From: Podarcis filfolensis
Lineage: Eukaryota
DNA length: 64,000 nt
Reading direction: 5' to 3' (one strand)
Assembly (NCBI GenBank): GCA_964270895.1
Contig: OZ185442.1
Shown: positions 50,987-61,036 of the stretch, piece after piece
How positions within the stretch are numbered: the first letter of the stretch is position 1
How the letters are laid out: each line of letters starts with the position of its first letter
Made by a program: the position numbers and the translations under genes
Notes under the pieces: model-generated
What the model was told of the DNA's origin: nothing
Seen by the model: the letters and a program-made list of their open reading frames with translations, nothing else
The model's database searches: none

Positions 50987-52422
50987 TACAAGCTTAGCAA
51001 CGAAGCTGACTATTTGACCCTGAGGCAGTTGCTCTCTTTCTCTTCTGCCTAACCTATCTCAAAGTTTTGTTTTGTTTGGGGGGGGCGGGGGTGCTACTAA
51101 GCATGTACACCATCCCAACCAGTGTGGAATACAAATAGAAATAAACCTCAGCCAAACAGGTTATTTTTAATTAGTTCAATCTGAATGCATTTGCAGCTGA
51201 GTATATTTACCCACCTCCTTGGTTTTATACGGTATGTCCATGCATCACAGTAGATGCCATCTCAGAACAGGCATTTTCACCGATGTGATGTGTGCCATCA
51301 GCAGGGTTTTAAAAATGTTTAATATGCAGTTTCGAACCAGGCATGGGCAGAGCTGGGGGGGGCAGGGGAAACAGCTAACCACAAGTAAATAAATCAAAAT
51401 ACTAAACCGACTGACCAATTGCGTAAAAGATAGGTCGATTCTGCCCCCCTAACATAACTCCAACCCCCCTTAACACAAATCCTGTCTACACCCATGGGAC
51501 CAGGTGACTTGAAGGAACCCTTGCTCTTCCCCTGCCTATCCTGTGCTTGTCATCAAGGCCTTGAAGTTTCAGAACCGTTATCTACTCTTGGGCTTCTTTT
51601 CAAAAGCTGCCTGTACCACTTTAAAATTAATTGACTACAGTTTATTCCGCTTCTAAAACTGGGGAGTCCTACAAAGAGAAAGGGAGGAAAAGGGAATCAA
51701 TAAAGCTACCAAAACTTGAAGCAAGTACTACTTCTGCCATTTTAAAGTGTTCACAGAGACTTAAGAATCGCACAAGCTTGATCCTACATGCGTTCTTTCT
51801 CTCCCCCCCTCCTTCTTAGATCACATTACTGAGTCCTTCAAAATGAACATTCCACTTTGACAGCTAAGCTCAGGCACCACTGGTCTAGTATCTAGCTACT
51901 TATACCGACAGCCAGAAAGCTGATAGGATATGTAAGTGAAGCTGAGAATTTAACTGGCAGAGCTGCTCAAATCTCAATCGTGTGCCGTTTGAAACTTAAG
52001 ACCACAAGAGAAAACAGTTCACTGCTTTCCCCCAATACACACAGAGATTTCTTTCCTTTCCTTTTTTCTTTAAAAAAAAGCCCTACTCTGGCAACAGATT
52101 CAACCTCATGGCCCCAAGAAAGCCATCCGAATACATTTAGCAAGTACGTGCACCAGGAATGCATAAAGAAGAAAAGGAATATTCCAATGATATGACTCAA
52201 GATGTATTCAACATGCCTATTTTTCTATGCACATTTGGTCATCCCATTGACAGCCCTGGAAGTTAAGTAATATGGGCTGCTGCACATAGGTTTCAAACCT
52301 TGATGGAACCCAATGGCAAGCTACTCTTGACAGTCAAATAATGACAAGCACGTTGCAGGCCGATGCCCGTCAATTCACGAACATCTCGGCCTGCTCCAAC
52401 CGTTGCGCGGCGACTAAGCGGA

Positions 52423-52435
52423 GGGTCAAAGGTTA
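52423..52435 (+). promoter_or_regulatory. Candidate nuclear-receptor DR1 element
   Basis: GGGTCA-A-AGGTTA inside a CpG-retaining 160-bp patch. Confidence 0.45.
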
Positions 52436-55400
52436 AGCTCAGAGAAGACAGCAATGAAGGGCAACTGTCATGCTCCGTTGCCTGCGGCGAAACAGCAAGG
52501 AGTGGTTGTCTTTGGAAGAACATGCAAAGTGCTCTCATTCTGTCCAGGCAGACACATATCCGAAGGTCCTAAATGAGACCACTGCCAATTCATGAACAGC
52601 CCAACTGACAGGATGCCATTCAAGCTGTCTAGCTCAAGTGGGGCTATGCTCAGGGTGGGCTTTTTTCCCTTCCTTTCCTATTTCAGATTACAAATGCATG
52701 CAAAGTATACGGTTAAACAGAGTCTACGGGCAGCTTTTCCCTCCACCTTTAGCCTCTTTTTTGTTTGAAGAAACAGAAAACTTGCTTTCCAAAAACTGAT
52801 TTGTTTTAGAAAACGCAATGTTTTTGCTTTGCTCTCAGCAAAATAATAATAATAAATCTACATTTTCAGCAAGCAACTCTGATTATGAGGACCTCATTTC
52901 GTCACAGGCAAAGACCAGCCAAACAAACGTAAAATGCAATGTGGAGAATTCAGTTGTTTCCCTGTTGCTGTTCCTTATTAGAAGTAAACTGTGTTAACCT
53001 ATGTATGCCTACTCAGAAGTAAGCACCACTGTGTTCAATACGACGTGCGCTCTGATAAACAGGATTGTAGCCCAGTCATTAATGGGCCTGAAAACTACAT
53101 GAGGAGTTTGTCACTGATGCCACAATCCATGCATGAAACAAGCCACACATCTGGTCAGCAATTGTGCATTAAGAATCTATCTCAAGCATTCTGGTCAATT
53201 GGCCAGTAAAATATTCCAAGAATGCTACACAGTAAATTGCACACTTCTTTTAAAAATCCCATTAAGGTGTCATTTCTTTACAAAGAGAGGAGAGGGAGAT
53301 CAACCTGAACTCTGGCCTGCAGCAGTCAGGGGCAAACTTAGCGGTGTAACAGAAGTTCAACTGCTAATGACCTACCCAGGTGTCCACACCATTTCATTAT
53401 AGATTGACTGATTGATATTTATATCCCACAAGGAGCTCAGAGTGGCATACACGGTTTCCCCACTCCATTTTATCCTCCCAACAGGTTTAGGCTGAGATGG
53501 TATGCCAGAGTGACTGACTCAAAGTCACCCAGTGAAAATTCATTGCTGAATGGAGATTTGAACTTGGATCTTCACAATATTGGGCCAACGCTCTAACAAC
53601 TACACCAGACTGCTGTAAGTCTTAGAGCAGGGCTGGGGAATCTATGGCCCCCAGATGTTCTTGAACTGTGAATCCCAACAGCTGGCTGGGGCTGGTGGGA
53701 GCTGGAATCCACCAACATCTGGAGAACCACAGACTCCCATCGCAATTCACCTGTTTCTGCATGTGAAACCTCTTATGCAAGAACTACTTCCTTGCATTTA
53801 GTTTGTATTTTCATGCAAGGCTTTTAGCATGAGGGTGTTAAAAAGTAAAAAAGAACCTCTTTTTCCATAAACCTGGCCAATACATATATTGTTGGAGCCC
53901 GGACATGGTGAGTGAATGTGTTAAGATTAGAGGATGGCCTTATTTATTACAGAACCAAAGCAATGTTTTGCACTGTGTTGTCGTTTTTTAAAAATCCTAA
54001 TAATTTCAATTAGAGATTGCATCAACAAGCTGAATTTAACTACTTTCCCCCTCCAAAGCAGAGTTTGGAAAGAATTATGATTCCTAGCAGATGATCAAAC
54101 ACAAAACACCATTGCTTTGCATAACCTTATTTTAAAACTATTTGCAAGCAAGGATCTGCATGCTTGTGGTTCACATTTAAGTGATGTGAACTCATCTACC
54201 TTTGCCTGCATTAACATATAAAATACTTGCGAGAGGGGAGAAAAGTATATTGTTTATTATATAAACATCACTGCCTTCCATCCTTCGTATCAGTCCAATG
54301 TATGCCCAACACTAAATTCTAGCCAACAAACAAAATGCTAGACCTTTATGAGACTTCAAATAAATAGCCCATCAACCCTGATTATGTGTGATGAAGGAGG
54401 GAAGATAGTAGGAAGGCAAATGTTGGCAAAGATACTTATAAATACATGAATATTTTTCCTGCATCAATGCTGTTCTTCAATTTCTGATACTACATACTAC
54501 CCTGTGGGCTGATAGCAACGCCAATCCCCAAATACCCATCCTTCCTATATACCAAACTGATTCTCCAAGGACCCATGCTAATTGTGAACTCATTCTCTAA
54601 GTATCTGCCTTTCCTATATGCTAATAGCAATCTCAATCCCCAAGTACCCACAATTCCAATATACTAATGTCAAACTGACAACTTAGGTCCGTAGACACAA
54701 GCTACACTATCACTCTTTAATCTAGACCCTCGGCACTAGCATTTCCCAAAATCTGAGGGGTAGCTCCACCTCCTCTTCTGACAGCTCCAAGAGTTTTAGC
54801 CTTGGTTCCCTGTACTGCAAGATCCTTGAGCTACAGAGCATCTAGTGGTTTGTCCTCCAAGGACTCAGCATCTGGCACAACATCAGAGTTACGAATGACA
54901 CTTCCCTATCCTAACCACCTCCGTGGTGTTTTTCTATGTGCAGGGATTATAGAAAGGAACATTTTAAGGCATCGGTCTTCAATGGGTGGGTAGGGACCCA
55001 ATACAGCCTGATCAAAGGTAGGTCACAACAGTAGCACAACTACCATACACATATATGGTAGAAACTTAAGAAATGGATTCCCCAAAGTACTTTGGGTTAA
55101 AGGCATATCCCGAGTCTGAAAAGGTTGAAGACTACCAAGTGAGGTGATGCTCACATGCGCGCTAAACCACCTTCATGAGAACCGGGTCAGCGTCCCCCAC
55201 AAACAGCAGTAACTACTTTACCACACGAGGTATCATTTCAAGCATTCAGCTCATGAAGCACCGGTTGCCTCAGGGTCATGAAATAATACTCAAAACTTTA
55301 TAATCATTCATTGATTTAGTTTTCAGCATAGTATATCATTTGAATCCAATGGGAACATAAAGAGCTATTTGTGAGGTCAACCACAGTACAGTCAGAGGCT

Positions 55401-55485
55401 GACATGATATCGATGGTGAGGTAGAAAGAAATTGCCAAATACAGCAGATCAATACCTCGTTTCACCGTTACAGCCTTCTCCTGAC

Positions 55486-55487
<2 letters not shown>

Positions 55488-55528
<41 letters not shown>
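55488..55528. repeat. (TA)n microsatellite
   Basis: Direct reading. Confidence 0.96.
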
Positions 55529-55530
<2 letters not shown>

Positions 55531-55866
55531 TCTTTACAGCTACGAAAATAATAATAATGGAAGTGGGAGATAAATGCTTCCCTCCAGCTAAACTATTTGA
55601 TTAGCTGAGGGCAGAGGTGACAATCGCAGTTGCAGTAAAGTAACTTTATCACCTTAAATAAAAGCGGTGGGATGAGGAGCTGATAAAAAGAGACAATGAA
55701 ACTGAGCAAAATTCAAAGAGAATTGATTCTTTGAGGAAGTAGAGAGGCATGTGTAATGGTAGCACAATGGAGGAAAAGCTGCCGAACTACAAACAATGCA
55801 CATTTTCCCTTACTTCAAAACTTCTGGAATTATTAAAAAAAAAAAAAAAGGAAATAGGAACACGAA

Positions 55867-56577
55867 GGCCGCATTTGCACAATCCACTAGGATACCACTT
55901 TAAACAGTCATGGCTTCCCACAAAGAATTCTGGGAGCTGTAGTTTGTAATGGGCGCTGAGAACTGTTAGGAGACATTTTCCCCCCTCACTAAGCAACAGT
56001 TCCGAGAGTTCCCTGGGAAGAGGGACTGATGGTTAAAACAGTCTGGGAACTGTAGTTCTGAAAAAGAAATAGGGGTCTCCTAACAATTCTCAGATGGGAC
56101 GCGGGTGGCGCTGTGGGTAAAACCTCAGCGCCTAGGACTTGCCGATCGCATGATTGGCGGTTCGAATCCCCGCGGCGGGGTGAGCTCCCGTCGTTCGGTC
56201 CCAGCTCCTGCCCACCTAGCAGTTCAAAAGCACCCTTAAGTGCAAGTAGATAAATAGGTACCGCTTTATAGCGTGAAGGTAAACGGCGTTTCCGTGTGCT
56301 GCTCTGGTGCCAGTTCGCTAGAGCAGCTTCGTCACGCTGGCCACGTGACCCGGAAGTGTCTGCGGACAGCGCTGGCTCCCGGCCTCTAGAGTGAGATGAG
56401 TGCACAACCCTAGAGTCTGTCAAGACTGGCCCGTACGGGCAGGGGTACCTTTACCTTTACCTAACAATTCTCAGTGCCCTTAACAAACTACCACTCCCAG
56501 AATTCTTGTGGGAGGGGGACAATGACTGTTTATATAGTGGTATCACAGCACTTTACATGTAAGGTGTGAATGTGGTC
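55867..56577. mobile_element. Palindromic non-autonomous DNA transposon (PIF/Harbinger-like), interrupted by the Sauria SINE
   Basis: Imperfect TIRs GGCCGCATTTGCAC / GTGTGAATGTGGTC; long internal inverted arms (ataccactttaaacagtcat / atgactgtt...agtggtat; ctgagaactgttaggagac / gtctcctaacaattctcag). No clear TSD. Confidence 0.7.
56096..56460 (+). mobile_element. Full-length young Sauria SINE (Squam1-type)
   Basis: Head GGGACGCGGGTGGCGCTGTGGG, B box GGTTCGAATCC, (ACCTTT)n tail, many intact CpGs, 15-bp TSD CCTAACAATTCTCAG at 56079-56093 and 56460-56474. Confidence 0.9.
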
Positions 56578-56749
56578 AGAAGCAGCCGCAAGGGGAGTAT
56601 AATTAATTATAATATATACCGGTAATTAAGATCCTCGTTGGAGACTTTGCTCTGAGTGCCCTGACATGAACCAAAGAGGGAAAGAGGAAGACCCTTTTTG
56701 GTAGAATACCCATGGCTTTTCTGTGGGGGCTTTTTAGTTAAGGAAAAGT

Positions 56750-57130
56750 TGACTAAGGGGGGAAACATGACAGAGGTGCATAACATTACACATGGTGTGG
56801 CGAAAGTGGATATGGAGAAGTTTTGCCTCCCTCTCTCATAGTACTAAAATTTGAGGCCATCCAATGTGGTCCCAGGAAGGTTGTCCAATATGGCCCTCAG
56901 GCTGAAAGAAGATTCAGCCTGCTTTAAGGAATGGAAAATAGAATTAAACAGGTTGAACAATACAAACTTACTTCTTCACACAATGCATAATTAATATATT
57001 CAGTTCTTTGCCATGAGACATGATTATGCCACTTTCTTAGAGGCCTTTAATAGGCATTAAGCAAATTTGTGGAGGTGTCTAACAATATGGATGACACGAG
57101 CAGTCATAGCTATAGGCTCCAGATGTGGAG
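56750..57130 (+). mobile_element. Degraded CR1 LINE 3' fragment
   Basis: gggaaacatgacagaggtgcataa...catggtgtggcgaaagtggata...ttcttcacacaatgcataatt is a typical CR1 ORF2 end. Shorter pieces near 24700-24790, 35690-35850, 47570-47695 and 57540-57640. Confidence 0.75.
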
Positions 57131-58971
57131 GAAACATGCCACACTGAATTCAATTTGAGGGGACTGTTGGAAGGGTAGCAACAGAGATCATTCCATGTGT
57201 GCCTTAAGGGTTAATTCTGTGGTCAGCAAGTCCAAGAGGGGGATGGGGGATGGTGTTGCCTAGCAACCAGAGCGGCATGATTCTTGCGGAGGTAACTTGT
57301 ACTCTGATTGGCTGTGTAGTTTCAAGGCAGCTTTCCTGTGTTAATGTAGTTGTATGTCTCCCTGTCCTGCCCAGGGTCTGAACTAAGAAAGACAAAACAT
57401 TTCTGTTTCTTTTTCCTCAGTTTACACCATGTTTTTGTTCAGTTTGCTCAGTAAGGTGTTATCAGGGCTTTTCTCTTTGGACTCTGTGTTCATGTGTTAT
57501 TTCAATGACTTTTCCAGCGGGAAAACCAATAGCAGGAGAAGGCTTTTGCCATCCTGTCTTGCTTGCAGACTTCCCAGAGGCATCTGGTTGGCTAACATAG
57601 GAGATGCTAGACTAGATTATCCAGCAGGGCTCATGCTCTTATATTGCACTGCAGTACTAACTCTAATGTAGATTTTCATGCATTAGTCTAAGAAACATTA
57701 TCCTTGCAAGACACAATTCAATAAAATGTGAGGGAAACATGTAATATATACATTTATTTTAAGTACCTTACATCCTCAGAACTTCCAGATAGACCTTGTA
57801 TCCACAGGTGTTTAAACCTGGGCAAGATGCATCCTGGCCTTATTTACAGCACACAAACACATAGACACACAAGTTTACATCCAGTTTTATATTTAGCCTC
57901 TTCATAAATCTGAAGCAACCTAAAGCACCAGCATAATTCAGGACTGCCAAGACAGACACTGCTCTTTAATTAAGTGGGTGATGTTCTGTTTAAAACCAGA
58001 AGACATCCTTGGGCTATAAGTGAAGATTAAGTGTCCATTCTCGCAAAAGAAGATCCAACTGTTATCAATGTTTAAAGGCTTTAAATCATGAAAAATAAAC
58101 GATCTAATGGCCTGTATTCAATAGCAAGTAGAAAGTCAGGACACAGGCTGATTTGGATTAACACATTTTCAGTTATAACAAGTAATTTTACAGAGGATTA
58201 GTATCTTGATGGGCTGATCAATACGTGGCTCTGCTGCTATTACAGATGAAGAGAAAATTACCCCGCTGGTAATAAAGTGTGTGTGTGTTGGTTCTCCTTC
58301 ATTTGCAGAGGCCATTACTGTAATGGTCCCTGCGTTAACAGCTGGGGCAATTTGAACCGGCGTCGGTGTGATGAATTTTAAAGCAGAGAACATTTGCCAC
58401 GCTCTCCATCTTATGTTTCACACGCACCCCTCCCCGAATCTGTGCACCGCTTCCAACATATAGGTAATGCATTACATCAAACACACACCATTTCTCAATA
58501 AGCTGTCACATTAATAGCATTTGGAGGCCAATAATGCCCCATCGGGGCCCTTTCCCACCGGAAAATTTCCATTGACAAGAGCATCTCTGCAAAATACTTC
58601 CCTGGACGAAAAATAGTAATGCGGCAGAAATTTATGCTCAGAAAGACAGGAAAGAAAGGGAGTCCCAAGGAAGACCGGGGAGGTTACATAAGGCGATGTG
58701 AAGCTGTTTGCTCTCCTAGTTGAGGGCTGTTTACTCCAGCCTTCCCCAACATGTTGGACTACAATTCCCATCAACCATGACTAGTGGCCATACTGACTGG
58801 GCTGATGGGGGTTGGAGTCCAACAGCATCTGGAGAGGAAGGCTGGCCTATTTCTGGGTCTCGGGCAGAGATTTTTCCTCATTTGGTTTTTTTTTTTAACA
58901 GGAGATGCTTAGATGGGGTTTGGAACTTTCTGCATGCAAAGTGTGTGCTGTGTCATCAAACTATTCTGAGG

Positions 58972-59114
58972 CATAGAATCGTAGAGTTGGAAATGACCAC
59001 AATGGTCATCTAGTCCAACCCCTTGCAATGCAGGAATCTTTTTGCTCAATGTGGGGCTCAAACCTATAACCGTGAGACTAAGAGTCTCATGCTGTACCAA
59101 TTGAGCTATCCAGC
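58972..59114 (-). mobile_element. Short SINE: decayed tRNA-Lys(CTT) head plus CR1 3' tail
   Basis: Head gctggatagctcaattggtacagcatgagactcttagtctca...gagccccacattgagc resembles tRNA-Lys-CTT with CpG-type decay; it is fused to gggttggactagatgacc...ccaactctacgattctatg (CR1 terminus). Confidence 0.82.
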
Positions 59115-59189
59115 ATATCTAAACAAACAAAAGTCTGGCTGCTGGCTGAAGGTTGTAAGAGATACTACATGTGTGTGTAAGGGCCATCA

Positions 59190-59390
59190 AAGCTATTACA
59201 CCACAGACTGAAACCGTCTTGCCCCAGTAAGCAACCTGGCCACTGAATTCTGCACCAGCTGAAGTTCCCAAACAGTCTTCAGAGGCAGCGCCACATATGT
59301 TTCTTGGTAATCTAACCTCGAGTTTAGCAGAGCATAGGCAACAGAAGTTAGGCTACCCCAGTCCAGATAGTGTTGCAGCTGGGACATCAG
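59190..59390 (-). mobile_element. Degraded L2 LINE fragment
   Basis: AYALLNSRLDY...LPLKTVWELQLVQNSVARLLTG. Confidence 0.82.
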
Positions 59391-60239
59391 TCAAAGCTTA
59401 TGGAAGGTACGCTGTGCTACCATAGCGAAATCACTCTTTGAGCCTGTAAGGCTGCAATCAAGTGAATTATTATAGGGAATGAATTCCAATTAAATCAGTG
59501 GGACATATCCAAGTAAACAGCAGAGTAAAATCAAGGTCTGAGTGTCTGACTAGGAGTTGGCAAACTCAAGTTTAAATCCCTGTTTGGCCATGAAGCTCAC
59601 CCAGTGATCCTGGGCCAGTAACTATCTCACTCCCTAGCCTACCTCAAAAAGTTATTGCAAAGATAAAAGCACAGGGGGGCAGGAGCAAGAATCATGTATA
59701 ACATCCTAGGTACCATGGACAAAGAACAGAATATAAATATAAGAGCCAAACAAATACAAAGGATTTGTTGCAACAAGGTTGCAAGACTATGCATGTTTAT
59801 CTAAACCAACTGTATTTATTTGTTTTAGCAATATTTTATTATGATATTATGCTTAATTTGTTTTGATTATTGCAACTGTACTTTGTTGCATACTCCCCTG
59901 GCCTCCTTTTGGGACAAAGGATGGAACAAAAGTAGAATAAATAATCGTGCCAATAGTTTTGAGGCTTATTTCCAAGTAAATATACATAAAACCAGGCTAC
60001 ATCTTTCGAGAATCTCTGGGAATACAGCTCCACCCCAGCTGGGAATACACAGCAGCAACAGTGGAAGAATTTCAAGGATGGGACAGCAGATAAAGGCCAA
60101 GAAATCCATAACTGAACATATTTAGACTGACACATTCTGTGAAGGATAATCATAATTAGAGCTCCCATTTGAAATCCTATGAAAAGTTACATAATATAAC
60201 AACATGAATAGAAATCACTAATGCAGTTGTTATTTAAAA

Positions 60240-60435
60240 GATTAATACATCAATTGAAATGTAATTTGTAGTTAATAAGAATCTGAATCGCAGTAATATA
60301 AGAACTGGATGATCATGGAGCGTGGGAAACCACTCTAAATAAATTGTATAAATCTTGAATTAATTTGATATTAATTGGTATTTGTATAATTGGGGTAATA
60401 TTGAGTAAATATTGAAAAACTAATAAAAAAAATAT
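60240..60435 (+). mobile_element. Possible L1-type 3' end
   Basis: AT-rich tract ending in AATAAA plus an A-run; no protein-level evidence. Confidence 0.3.
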
Positions 60436-60677
60436 TTATTTTTTTAAAAGTTCAGGCTACAAAGTTGCAATCCTGAACCCAAAGTTAAGCCCCATTGAAA
60501 TCAGTACATACATGCTGATCGAGGAGTAAGGTAAGCGGTCCATTGCACACTTACCTGAGAACAAGTAGGGCTTACTTAAAAATAAGCATGTATTAAAATC
60601 TGTGGGCCTTCTTTCCAAATGAACTATGCAGAAGCTTGTACCGTTGTGCGATGTACATTACAGTGGGGAGCAACTCG

Positions 60678-60890
60678 GAACCGGTGTGGCATGGTGGTCA
60701 GGCTGTCAGATTAGCATCTAGGAGACTGGGGTTCAAGTCGCCACTCACCTGTTAACCTCAGGCCACTTTGAGCCTAACCTACCTCACAGGGTTGTTGTGA
60801 GGATAAAAGGGGTGGGGTGGGGGAAGAAGAGTACCATGTGCGCTGCCTCGATCTCCTTGGAGGAAAAGTGTGGGGTATAAATATACAAGT
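60678..60890 (+). mobile_element. MIR/Ther1-related tRNA-derived SINE (Squam3-like), antisense to FTO
   Basis: tRNA-like head (gtgtggcatggtggtc...ggttcaagtcgccactc), core cctaacctacctcacagggttgttgtgaggataaaa, L2-like 3' end. Confidence 0.85.
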
Positions 60891-60994
60891 GCAAATGCAA
60901 TGAGCAGATAAACAGCGCTTGGCCGTGAGAAAAGAGGGGATGCAATTGTCCAATGTTAAGTATTTCCACCTGCACAGAGCTAGCTGTGAATTAC

Positions 60995-61036
60995 CTTGAC
61001 ATCCTTCTCTCTTTCCCCTGCTCCTCTCCGCTTCAT
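60995..61036 (-). CDS. FTO: FTO coding exon 1 (MKRRGAGEREKDVK)
   Basis: ATG at 61036-61034 with purine at -3; 14 codons resembling human [15 protein letters not shown]; donor AAG|GTAATT at 60994; phase 0; lies in the CpG island. Confidence 0.93.

Larger units (their letters stand above)
20986..60994 (-). other. FTO: FTO intron 1 (40,009 nt), orthologous to the human intron carrying obesity-associated IRX3/IRX5 enhancers
   Basis: Bounded by the exon 1 GT donor and the exon 2 AG acceptor; the regulatory role is established in mammals and only inferred here. Confidence 0.9.

Noticed and set aside
55397-55412. CATGATATCGAT resembling the recalled human rs1421085 context
   Set aside because: Wrong orientation relative to FTO, wrong relative position in the intron, and the flanks do not match.
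59043-59114. tRNA-Lys(CTT)-like sequence as a functional tRNA gene
   Set aside because: Many substitutions in the acceptor, D and T arms (CpG-type decay) and direct fusion to a CR1 tail: it is a SINE head.
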